A DNA stretch of 20,000 nt from an uncultured virus (IMG/VR IMGVR_UViG_3300030110_001396) (IMGVR_UViG_3300030110_001396), one strand, 5' to 3'; numbered from the stretch's first letter, positions 8,097-16,420 are shown. Numbers and translations are program-made. Notes: generated by a model from the sequence alone, not told the origin.

Positions 8097-9025
8097 TGAC
8101 TGAGTTTATTCCCGCAGAGTTGGATCGTTATTGCTATTGGCAAACTGAACGTGAGTCGATACGCATTAAAAAAGAATCTGCAGTTCTTTCCCCTCCCTGG
8201 ACTGACGATCCAATTTTGCAGGAGTTTAAGTTCTGCCAAGTGTTTAGAGAGGATGATCGTACAACACGTTGGTTTAGAACACATATAAGAGAGCCTATGC
8301 GAAACGAAGAAGACGTTCTTATGGCTACGATTATATTCCGTTGGTTTAATTTAATAGAAACAGGGAGAACTTTAATCGATCATGATTTATTACGTAAATG
8401 GAATAGAAAGAAAGCTATTTATGAAATAACTAAACAACCTAAATGGATCACGGGTGCTTACATTATTAAGACACCAAACGGTATGGATAAAGTAACAGGT
8501 GTGTCTGAATGTATTTCACATATTTGGAAAGCTAAAGAATCTATCTTGTCTAGACTACATGAAAGTTTAGCAAAAGGTGATTCTTCATTAGAAGCAACGT
8601 GGTTAATTCTTAGAGATTATCCATACATGGGTCCATTTATGGCGTACGAAGTTGTTACTGATTTAAGACATACGTATTTGTTAGAAAACGCTAACGATAT
8701 TATGACTTGGGCTAATGCAGGTCCAGGAGCTATGCGAGGACTCAATCGTCTTACAGGTAGACCGTTAGATTATTGTCGTAAAAGCCATCCATGGTGTGAA
8801 GAAATGCAAGACTTATTTGAACAAGTAAAGAAAATATTAGCTCCTTCAATCATCTTTAGAAACGGGGCTAATTATGAAATGCGAGAGATCGAAGGCGGTT
8901 TATGTGAGTTTGATAAATACTCTCGAATATATAAAAACGAGGGAAGAACACGATCGGTGTATAAACATAATGATCTTCCAATGATCGAAGATTTAAACAT
9001 AACAGGAGAAAGTAGATATGGGTAG
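8096..9025 (+). CDS. aGPT-Pplase clade 1 / 5hmdU DNA kinase helical-domain family protein (thymidine hypermodification)
   Basis: ERESIR...PPWTDDPILQEFKFCQVFREDDRTT, FRWFN, GPFMAYEVVTDL, AGPGAMRGL and EIEGGLCEFDKY match the remembered family signature. Lies two genes upstream of a TS homolog. Confidence 0.8.
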   Translation: MTEFIPAELDRYCYWQTERESIRIKKESAVLSPPWTDDPILQEFKFCQVFREDDRTTRWFRTHIREPMRNEEDVLMATIIFRWFNLIETGRTLIDHDLLRKWNRKKAIYEITKQPKWITGAYIIKTPNGMDKVTGVSECISHIWKAKESILSRLHESLAKGDSSLEATWLILRDYPYMGPFMAYEVVTDLRHTYLLENANDIMTWANAGPGAMRGLNRLTGRPLDYCRKSHPWCEEMQDLFEQVKKILAPSIIFRNGANYEMREIEGGLCEFDKYSRIYKNEGRTRSVYKHNDLPMIEDLNITGESRYG

Positions 9026-9239
9026 GATGAGTGATAGAGCAATAGAGTTGTTAGAAGATTATGGTGATGTAATAGATATACATTACACACAATTTTTAGA
9101 AGTTTCGTTCTTTTTAAAAGTAGCCGCAGATGAGCGACTTGCAATAGCTTTTATAAAAAGAAAACTTCCGATGTTAAGTCATGACGATATACGTTATGTG
9201 ATTGGTGAAATTGTAGGAGGCTATCAAGATACTTTATGA
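9018..9239 (+). CDS. Hypothetical protein (73 aa)
   Basis: AGGAG RBS; overlaps both neighbours (ATGA overlap with the next gene). Confidence 0.6.
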   Translation: MGRMSDRAIELLEDYGDVIDIHYTQFLEVSFFLKVAADERLAIAFIKRKLPMLSHDDIRYVIGEIVGGYQDTL

Positions 9240-10327
9240 AAGTAATTAATGTAAGAAACGTAAACGACGCGTTAGAAAGAGGTATCGATTTATTTCAAGA
9301 CCCTACCGAATACAGGGTACAAGAAAGCCGCAATGGTATAACTTATGAAGCTAATACACCTGTAACTACGGTTTATGAAAAACCTTGGGAAAGAGTTTGT
9401 TTAATAAAACAAAGAGACGCTAATCCATTTTTTCATTTTATAGAAGGTTTATGGATGCTCGATGGTCGTAACGATCTAGAACCACTAACTTATTTTGTTA
9501 AGTCTATGGAAGACTTCTCAGACGACGGTGAAACTCTATGGGGGGCTTACGGTTGGCGATGGAGAAGTTATTTTAATAAAGATCAAATAACAGCCATTAT
9601 TGGTTTGTTAAAAGAAAACCCTTACGAAAGACGAGCAGTTCTACAGATGTGGGATCCGAAAGACGATCTAGCAAGAACTTGTAATAAAAAAGTTGAAAGA
9701 AAAGACGTACCCTGTAATACGAATATTTATTTTAAAGTACGTGATGGTAAGTTATGTATGACTGTTTGTAATCGTTCTAACGATATGCTTTGGGGAGCTT
9801 ATGGTGCGAACGTAGTTCATATGTCTATGTTACAAGAGTTCGTAGCTCATAACTTAAATTTACCGATGGGGGATTATACTCAAATTAGTGATAGTTTTCA
9901 TATTTATCCAAACAACCCTGTATGGGAAAAAGTTAAAGATATAGAGTTGGATGTCTACACTTATAAACATATAAAAAATCATTATGATCTAATCGATGAG
10001 TATGAACCTGTACCTATTGTTAACGATCTTGATTCTTTTAATAGAGAAGTACGATTCTTTTTCGATTATTTTGAAACTTTTAGATATAGCCCAAAAGAAA
10101 TGTTAAAAAGAACAGATGATATTGAGTGGGATAATCGTATTTTTCCAGACGTAGCAATCCCTATGTTAAAAGCATTTTATTATCATAAAGAAAGAGATTA
10201 TTTGAATTCGTATCGAGAAGTACAATCTATTAAGTCTCTCGATTGGATGGAGGCGTGTTTTGAGTGGATCCGCAAAAGAGACACCGCCTATACTTTAAAC
10301 AATGCGGATATAGGAGAAAACAAATGA
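9236..10327 (+). CDS. Thymidylate synthase homolog, probably dUMP hydroxymethylase
   Basis: ANPFFHFIEGLW, GAYGWRWR, RRAVLQMWDP, catalytic KDVPCN, RSNDMLWGAYGAN (Asn at the dUMP-specificity position), DSFHIY; long C-terminal extension. Confidence 0.8.
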   Translation: MKVINVRNVNDALERGIDLFQDPTEYRVQESRNGITYEANTPVTTVYEKPWERVCLIKQRDANPFFHFIEGLWMLDGRNDLEPLTYFVKSMEDFSDDGETLWGAYGWRWRSYFNKDQITAIIGLLKENPYERRAVLQMWDPKDDLARTCNKKVERKDVPCNTNIYFKVRDGKLCMTVCNRSNDMLWGAYGANVVHMSMLQEFVAHNLNLPMGDYTQISDSFHIYPNNPVWEKVKDIELDVYTYKHIKNHYDLIDEYEPVPIVNDLDSFNREVRFFFDYFETFRYSPKEMLKRTDDIEWDNRIFPDVAIPMLKAFYYHKERDYLNSYREVQSIKSLDWMEACFEWIRKRDTAYTLNNADIGENK

Positions 10328-10671
10328 GTAAATGGGAAAATATGAAACAAGTTGCCCAAAACGATCTTGAAGCTCTTAAACGAGCAGAGACTTCGTACGG
10401 TGATTCTTGGAGACGTCGTGGAGGTGTTGGTGCTTTTATGATGTTGGCACGTAAGTTCGATCGTATAGAACACCAGTCTGAAAAGCACGGGTGGGATGTA
10501 TTTGAGGCAGGTGAAGTCTACAAAGGCGAAGCAGGTCTACTCGATGATATTCGAGACTTACGTAGATATTTATTATTAGTTGAAGAATACATTTTAGCTA
10601 ATACTAATGAAGTTAGCGTTGAAGCTGACGATGTTAATTATGCCGCAGAAGACGGCAAGGAGGATTATTAA
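10324..10671 (+). CDS. Nucleotide-modification-associated domain 1 (Nmad1/DUF1599-like) all-alpha protein
   Basis: Start moved to ATG 10324 (AGGAG RBS, ATGA overlap). Motifs YGDSW, RKFDRI and DDIRDLRRYLLL. Confidence 0.65.
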   Translation: MSKWENMKQVAQNDLEALKRAETSYGDSWRRRGGVGAFMMLARKFDRIEHQSEKHGWDVFEAGEVYKGEAGLLDDIRDLRRYLLLVEEYILANTNEVSVEADDVNYAAEDGKEDY

Positions 10672-11012
10672 TGAGTAAGGTAGATAGTTGGTGGACAAAA
10701 GTTGTTAGATTTTTTACACCTTTACCAAAAGAAGAACTACAACCTAAGAAAGTTGAAAAGGAAGAAGTTCTAGAAAAAGCAATCAAAGACGCTGAAGTTG
10801 TTTTAAAGAAATTTGATGACGAACTTAAAGCAGGGAACATCTATGAAGCTGTAAAGAAAGCACCTAAACGAGCTAGAACCAAAAAGGGAACATATAAGGC
10901 AGACGATAAGTCTACTCCAGATGTTAACGAAGCTTGGGTAGGTGGAAAAGCTCCTGCAAAAAAGCCAAAAGCTAAGAAAACTAAAGTCACGAGGATTAAA
11001 AAGAAGAAGTGA
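10671..11012 (+). CDS. Lys-rich hypothetical protein with histone-H1-like basic tail
   Basis: AAGGAGG RBS; C-terminal KKAPKRARTKKG...ADDKSTPDVNEAW...KAPAKKPKAKKTKVTRIKKKK. Confidence 0.75.
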   Translation: MSKVDSWWTKVVRFFTPLPKEELQPKKVEKEEVLEKAIKDAEVVLKKFDDELKAGNIYEAVKKAPKRARTKKGTYKADDKSTPDVNEAWVGGKAPAKKPKAKKTKVTRIKKKK

Positions 11013-12874
11013 TTTTACAACCCCCTATGTTCGCTCCAACAAGTGACTGGTCTATTCCAGAAGTTTTCCCTCAGTTTTCTGAGACAGAAACAATCGCAGT
11101 AGATTTAGAAACTTACGATCCACACCTCATGACTTGTGGTCCAGGATGGGCTACAGGTCGTGGGCATATCGTGGGTGTTGGTATTGCGACAGAGGGGTGG
11201 AAGGGTTACTTCCCGATCCGTCATCAAGGCGGAGGTAATCTTGACGAAGATATTGTATTACGTTGGTTACGCAACACTCTAGCATCGGAAAAGCGAGACG
11301 TTATATTTCATAACGCCTTATACGACGTAGGGTGGCTTCGTAGAGAAGGCGTACACGTAGGCGGTAAAATATTAGATACGATCGTAGCAGCTCCCCTAGT
11401 AAACGAGAATAGGTATTCTTATTCTTTAGATAACCTCGGTGATTTTTACTGTAACGAAAAGAAAGATGAATCGTTATTACAAAACGCTGCTCTATCATTT
11501 GGGGTAAATCCTAAATCAGAAATGTATAAACTACCGTCTAAGTTCGTTGGACCTTATGGTGAGCAAGATGCAGCACTAACTCTAAAACTTTGGCAAAAAT
11601 TAAAGATCGAAGTTCAAGAACAAGGGTTAGAAAAGATACTCGACATGGAATGCCGACTGATTCCTCTACTGTTAGAAATGCGGTGGCGAGGGGTTAGAAT
11701 CGATGAACAAAAAGCTGACGATGTCAGTAAAAAGTTATCGATCGAAGAACAAAAACTACAGGTCGAGATTAAACGTAAGTATGGTGCAGAAGTTAATTTA
11801 TGGGCTAATGCATCGTTAGAAGCTATCTTTGAAAAGAACAAGATATGGTTTCCTAGAACCGCAAAAGGTATGGCTAGTTTTCAAAAAGACTGGTTAGAAG
11901 GACACGAACACGAGTTACCACAACTTATTGTTCGAGCAAGGAAACTTAATAAAGCTAGAACTACTTTCATCGATAAGATGATTAAAGATCACTGCTTCGA
12001 TGGTCGTATACACGCAGAAGCTCATGCTATGCGTAACGATCGTGGCGGCACGGTTAGTGGTAGATTTAGCTATAGTAATCCTAATCTACAACAAGTTCCT
12101 GCAAGAGATCCAGAGATCGGTAATTTAATACGATCTTTGTTTATTCCAGAGGAAGGTTGTCAGTGGGGTGTATTCGATTATTCACAACAAGAGCCAAGGC
12201 TTACCGTTCATTACGCTGATCGAATGAACTTAGCAGGGGCTAAAGATGCTGTGACAGAGTACACAGAAAAGAACGCGGACTTCCACCAGATCGTTGCAGA
12301 TATGGCTAATATACCGCGTAAACAGGCTAAGACGATTAATTTAGGACTTAGCTATGGGATGGGTAAAGAAAAGCTTATTAAAGAGCTAGGGATAGACGAT
12401 ACGGAAGCTGAGGGGTTATTTCAGCAGTATCATAATAAAGTTCCCTTTATACGAGGGTTACAAGATCAGTGTGCAAGGGTAGCCATGGAACGTGGCTATA
12501 TACGAACGTTTGCAGGTAGACGTTGTAGGTTTAATCTATGGGAAGATAGATATGAACGCACTCTACCTCTACCGTACGAAGAAGCACAGGAAAAATACGG
12601 TGATAATTTAAAAAGATCATATACATATAAGGCTCTGAATCGGTTGATTCAAGGATCGGCTGCTGACATGACGAAGTTAGCAATGCTCGGTCTGTGGGAG
12701 GAAGGAATTGTTCCTCACCTACAAGTCCACGATGAGGTTGATATCTCGGTAGAGAACACTGAACAAGCTGACAAGATTGCAGAAATAATGGAAACTTGTG
12801 TAGAACTTGCAGTACCCCTACTAGTGGATAAGGAACTCGGAAGTTCATGGGGCGAAACAAAGGAAATAAAATGA
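11009..12874 (+). CDS. polA: Family A DNA polymerase with 3'-5' exonuclease domain (no 5'-3' exonuclease)
   Basis: ExoI DLET, ExoII FHNALYD, ExoIII YGEQDA; GRFSYSNPNLQQVP; motif A FDYSQQEPR; motif B RKQAKTINLGLSYGMG; motif C VHDE. Confidence 0.95.
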   Translation: MILQPPMFAPTSDWSIPEVFPQFSETETIAVDLETYDPHLMTCGPGWATGRGHIVGVGIATEGWKGYFPIRHQGGGNLDEDIVLRWLRNTLASEKRDVIFHNALYDVGWLRREGVHVGGKILDTIVAAPLVNENRYSYSLDNLGDFYCNEKKDESLLQNAALSFGVNPKSEMYKLPSKFVGPYGEQDAALTLKLWQKLKIEVQEQGLEKILDMECRLIPLLLEMRWRGVRIDEQKADDVSKKLSIEEQKLQVEIKRKYGAEVNLWANASLEAIFEKNKIWFPRTAKGMASFQKDWLEGHEHELPQLIVRARKLNKARTTFIDKMIKDHCFDGRIHAEAHAMRNDRGGTVSGRFSYSNPNLQQVPARDPEIGNLIRSLFIPEEGCQWGVFDYSQQEPRLTVHYADRMNLAGAKDAVTEYTEKNADFHQIVADMANIPRKQAKTINLGLSYGMGKEKLIKELGIDDTEAEGLFQQYHNKVPFIRGLQDQCARVAMERGYIRTFAGRRCRFNLWEDRYERTLPLPYEEAQEKYGDNLKRSYTYKALNRLIQGSAADMTKLAMLGLWEEGIVPHLQVHDEVDISVENTEQADKIAEIMETCVELAVPLLVDKELGSSWGETKEIK

Positions 12875-13215
12875 AAGGTATCTCACAAGAAAAAGCTAAA
12901 GAATACTCTATTAAGTACAGACGAATGTACGAACAATGGGTCAACAACTCTACTACTCTAGAACAAATGGGTAAAGAGCATAATTTAACCAAACAACGTA
13001 TGTGGCAGATTATTACACGTTGTAAACTCGGTGAGGGTGATTACTACTATGGTACACAGATTGCTCGAAACAAATGGTCTGAGTTTAAAAATATGTACAA
13101 TGACCTCGATCAGACTAAACGTGCTTTCGATGACTGGTTAAAAGAAAGAGACATCAAACTTATTGCTAATAACCAAAAAGCCGCTCCACATACTGGTTGG
13201 GACTGGTCGGGCTAG
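12871..13215 (+). CDS. Sigma70 region-4-like helix-turn-helix protein
   Basis: Start likely ATG 12871 (AAGGA RBS, ATGA overlap with pol). TLEQMGKEHNLTKQRMWQII resembles the region-4 HTH consensus. Confidence 0.6.
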   Translation: MKGISQEKAKEYSIKYRRMYEQWVNNSTTLEQMGKEHNLTKQRMWQIITRCKLGEGDYYYGTQIARNKWSEFKNMYNDLDQTKRAFDDWLKERDIKLIANNQKAAPHTGWDWSG

Positions 13216-13219
13216 GGCA

Positions 13220-13252
13220 GTGCTTTACTTTCTAAACTTTGCCTTTTATATT
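13220..13252 (+). promoter_or_regulatory. Promoter P3
   Basis: GTGC-TTTACT (13224-13229), 17-bp spacer, TATATT (13247-13252). Confidence 0.65.
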
Positions 13253-13260
13253 TAAGGTAT

Positions 13261-13965
13261 ATGTTTTTAGCAAGTAATACACAAATAGAACTACCGAACA
13301 ACGGAGAGTGTAAGGTATGTTCGAAACCTTTATACGGACAAAGAAGAAAGTTTTGTAGTGCCAAATGCGGCAATACGTTTCATAACACTGAAGGCAAAAA
13401 ACCGATCATAGATATTCCTCGATCGTGTGTATATTGTTCTGTAGAGTTTGATAAGAAAGAATCAGGGTTATTAAATTATTGTTCTAAACATTGTCAAAAA
13501 CAACATCAGTACTCTAAAAATAAAGACCCACATTCGACTTACGGATCAGGCAAACGTAAACAGATATTATCAAATAAATATCAAAATTGGTCTTGTTGTG
13601 CTTATGACGAAGCGGTTATAGATAACGATATTTTAGACCATATAGAATATCTAGCGACCGATGAACCTTACGTAGAAGAAGATATGCAATGGCTCGAACG
13701 TGTATTACATGAAGAACATACAACACCTAGATACTCAGACGGCACTATATACAAACCTGATCCTTTATCTTTTAAATTGAAAAAATGGCGGAATTATTGG
13801 TGGCGAGAACCTAATATATCTATACATCGAAAACGAGCAAAATATTCAAACAGTCGTTCTTTTAATGAACGTTGGTCTATTTTAACAAAACGCTCGATTA
13901 TGAAACGCTACCGTAAAATGAAATATGGCGAAAGAAAAAAATTTATGGCTCTTATTAAGAGCTAA
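13261..13965 (+). CDS. Cys-rich protein with two treble-clef-like zinc fingers and a basic C-terminus
   Basis: CKVC-x-FCSAKC and CVYC-x-YCSKHC; Arg/Lys/Trp-rich C-terminal third; no SD before the ATG. Confidence 0.65.
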   Translation: MFLASNTQIELPNNGECKVCSKPLYGQRRKFCSAKCGNTFHNTEGKKPIIDIPRSCVYCSVEFDKKESGLLNYCSKHCQKQHQYSKNKDPHSTYGSGKRKQILSNKYQNWSCCAYDEAVIDNDILDHIEYLATDEPYVEEDMQWLERVLHEEHTTPRYSDGTIYKPDPLSFKLKKWRNYWWREPNISIHRKRAKYSNSRSFNERWSILTKRSIMKRYRKMKYGERKKFMALIKS

Positions 13966-14314
13966 TCTACCAGAAATACATTTACAACGAATAGAAACAG
14001 GTATGACAGGAGCAGGTGTTCCTGACGTTAACGGTTGTGCTAAAGGTAAAGAGTTCTGGATCGAGCTCAAAGAAATACATTCAGGTAATGCTCTTACTCT
14101 ACGACCTATGCAAATATCATGGTTAGCGAAACGTGCATCGTTTGGTGGTCAAGTTTTTGTTATGGCTCGTAAAAACGATGAGATTAAGCTCTACCATATC
14201 GACAGCCTTACAGGAATTCAAGACCTTGTTAAGACTGGATATAAATCAAAAGCTCTTGTAACTCTTACGATTCCTTACGATTGGGGTAGTCTTGTTAGTG
14301 CTTTACTTTCGTAG
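13925..14314 (+). CDS. VRR-NUC / PD-(D/E)XK nuclease (putative Holliday junction resolvase)
   Basis: E(4)...RIE...GVPDVNG...FWIELK...LRPMQISW...GGQVFV. Confidence 0.8.
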   Translation: MAKEKNLWLLLRANLPEIHLQRIETGMTGAGVPDVNGCAKGKEFWIELKEIHSGNALTLRPMQISWLAKRASFGGQVFVMARKNDEIKLYHIDSLTGIQDLVKTGYKSKALVTLTIPYDWGSLVSALLS

Positions 14315-14330
14315 CTTTCGTACCTATAAT
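14298..14330 (+). promoter_or_regulatory. Promoter P4 (near-consensus sigma70)
   Basis: GTGC-TTTACT (14302-14307), 17-bp spacer, TATAAT (14325-14330). The leader has two short hairpins (14338-14353, 14365-14378) before the AGAAAGGAG RBS. Confidence 0.8.
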
Positions 14331-14396
14331 GGTAAAGGTAGCTAATAGGCTACGTGATTAACCAGTGCAGCCATGCACATTAGAAAGGAGAAAATT

Positions 14397-15431
14397 ATGG
14401 CACACCAAGTAGAAACGATGGCTTGGACGGGGGATGTACCTTGGCACGGATTAGGTGTTGAGGTAGATTCAAATCTGAAACCATCTGAAATGCAGAAAGC
14501 GGCTCAGTTAGACTGGACAGTTAGCAAACGTCCTAGTTATACTATAGACGCTCCTGAGTGGAGTGACGATGTTGGTCTTATCCAAGCGGAAAATACCTTC
14601 CACGTTGTTCGAGATAGCGATAACCGAATACTATCGCATTGTGGTAGAGACTATGTCCCTATACAGAATGAAGACGTATTCAAATTCTTTAAACGCTTTA
14701 CGGATGCTGGTCATATGACCATGGAAACCGCAGGAAGTTTAAAGGACGGTGGAGAAATTTGGGGTTTAGCTAAAATCTCAGAAGACTTCGAATTAGCGGG
14801 TGACGACCTTATTAAAGGTTATTTGCTTATCAACCAACCACATATCGTTGGTCGAGCAATGACTATTAAGTTGACACCTATTAGAGTTGTTTGCAACAAC
14901 ACTTTAACGATGGCTTTACAACACGGTGGGACAGCGTCTTTCCGTATGCCACACGTTAAAGCATTCGATGACGATGTTATACAGATCGCAGAAGAAGCTT
15001 TAGGGCTATCTGCTGAACGTATGACAGAGTTTAGAGAAGCTGCAAACTTACTCTCTAAGAAGAAAGCTAAACATTCTCAGTTCCTTGAGTTTGTTGGTGA
15101 TATTTATCAACCTGATATGATTGCCGCTTATAGACACGACCAACAGCTTAAAGCTGAAGGTAAGTTGATAGGTATGCAAGAACCTCTTGTTGATCAATTT
15201 AACAAGTTTCCACTTCTAGCTGTTGACGCTCTAGAACAGTCTCCAGGTGCAAACCTGAAGTCTGCTAAAGGTACGTGGTGGGGAGCATTGAATGCTGTCA
15301 CCTACGTTGAAGACCATTTACGTGAGTCTGTAACCGAAGGCAATGCTCTACATAGCTCATGGTTTGGTGCTGCGGCTAATCGTAAAGCCAAAGCTCTAGA
15401 TTTAGCTGTGAAGTATGCGGAGGTTGCATAA
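14397..15431 (+). CDS. DUF932/DUF945-family phage/plasmid protein
   Basis: Start moved to 14397 after AGAAAGGAGAAAATT. Motifs MAHQVETMA, PWHGLG, AQLDWTV, ETAGSLKDG, TPIRVVCNNTL, GTWWGALNAVTYVEDH. Confidence 0.85.
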   Translation: MAHQVETMAWTGDVPWHGLGVEVDSNLKPSEMQKAAQLDWTVSKRPSYTIDAPEWSDDVGLIQAENTFHVVRDSDNRILSHCGRDYVPIQNEDVFKFFKRFTDAGHMTMETAGSLKDGGEIWGLAKISEDFELAGDDLIKGYLLINQPHIVGRAMTIKLTPIRVVCNNTLTMALQHGGTASFRMPHVKAFDDDVIQIAEEALGLSAERMTEFREAANLLSKKKAKHSQFLEFVGDIYQPDMIAAYRHDQQLKAEGKLIGMQEPLVDQFNKFPLLAVDALEQSPGANLKSAKGTWWGALNAVTYVEDHLRESVTEGNALHSSWFGAAANRKAKALDLAVKYAEVA

Positions 15432-15670
15432 TGCCGAGAGACCCTAAATCATATTTAGTTGATGGTGAAGTTTTAGCCATGGTCTGGTCAGCGTTGTATG
15501 AGGGAGCTAACGATGAGTTAGCTTCCGTCATACGCGATACGATGATTGCTCAAGGTTGTCAAGAATTACACGGTATTACCGATCAATCATTAATTTTAAT
15601 GTTCTGGAAAAACTTCCTAGAAGAAAAAGGTCTAGTTGAGTTTTCCGACCCACCTAAGGAGGTGCACTAA
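15431..15670 (+). CDS. Hypothetical protein (79 aa)
   Basis: GGAGG RBS; TAATG coupling at both ends. Confidence 0.7.
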   Translation: MPRDPKSYLVDGEVLAMVWSALYEGANDELASVIRDTMIAQGCQELHGITDQSLILMFWKNFLEEKGLVEFSDPPKEVH

Positions 15671-15930
15671 TGCAAGAACCTATTATAGAAAAAGGTATTC
15701 CTCTACCTGAGGATCAACGTTCGCAAACAAGTTATCCGTTTGCTAAAATGGATGTAGGAGACTCTATCTTCTTCCCACTTAGTCCAAGCGATAACTCTCA
15801 GCGGATGAAAAACCGTTTAGCTCAAGCCAGTCGAGGCTTTGGCAAAAAACAAGAACCCGAGTGGAAGTTCGTCATTAGATATCGTTTAGAAGACGAAATC
15901 TCAGGCGTCCGCGTTTGGCGTAGCTTGTAA
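15670..15930 (+). CDS. Small phage protein (IEKGIPLP...YPFAKMDVGDS...GVRVWR type)
   Basis: AAGGAGG RBS; motif pattern recalled from widespread small phage proteins. Confidence 0.75.
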   Translation: MQEPIIEKGIPLPEDQRSQTSYPFAKMDVGDSIFFPLSPSDNSQRMKNRLAQASRGFGKKQEPEWKFVIRYRLEDEISGVRVWRSL

Positions 15931-15958
15931 ACAGTCTGCCTATGCGGTGCTCGTAATA

Positions 15959-15991
15959 GTGCTTTACTTTCGCGTATTTCGTAGGCATACT
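15959..15991 (+). promoter_or_regulatory. Promoter P5
   Basis: GTGC-TTTACT (15963-15968), 17-bp spacer, CATACT (15986-15991). Confidence 0.7.
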
Positions 15992-16048
15992 TGTAATAGT
16001 TGTTCTAACGCAAGTTAGAATTTGTTAACCATAAGAAAGGAGAAAGAT

Positions 16049-16420
16049 ATGCAAACAGCAACATCTACACCTACCTCTGCAAAGAGAGTTCCTGCGAAAG
16101 CAGCAACGAAACCTTTGAGCAAGGCTAAAGTGACAGCAGTCCCGAAGCCTAGTTCAACAGGCAAAGGAGCTTCTAGAACTTTATATAAGTTCATAGGTAA
16201 AGTTCCTGAAGCCAAAGGTTTTACTCCGCAGATGAGAGCCTTGATCTTGACCGTTAGTGAAGCTAAAAAGAGTGAATTAGACTCTGCTAGTTTTACCGCA
16301 CAAGATCTAGTATCTCTTGCAGTAAAGCAAGGCAATCTGACTACAGGTCAAGACCCGCTTAGAATTTTTAGATTTTATGCGAAAAGACTTGTTGTCGAAG
16401 GCTACTTTGCAAAGGTATAA
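16049..16420 (+). CDS. Basic putative DNA-binding protein (Ala/Lys/Pro-rich N-tail plus compact C-terminal domain)
   Basis: Start moved to ATG 16049 after AGAAAGGAGAAAGAT; flanked by its own promoter and terminator. Confidence 0.75.
   Translation: MQTATSTPTSAKRVPAKAATKPLSKAKVTAVPKPSSTGKGASRTLYKFIGKVPEAKGFTPQMRALILTVSEAKKSELDSASFTAQDLVSLAVKQGNLTTGQDPLRIFRFYAKRLVVEGYFAKV

Noticed and set aside
10264..10323. Track N-terminal extensions (also 12847-12870, 14373-14396, 16022-16048, 19493-19501)
   Set aside because: Downstream ATGs have the conserved RBS or ATGA coupling, so the longer starts are unlikely.
11009..12874. Intein or intron in the polymerase or helicases
   Set aside because: Motif spacing and lengths are compact and continuous, with no splice motifs.
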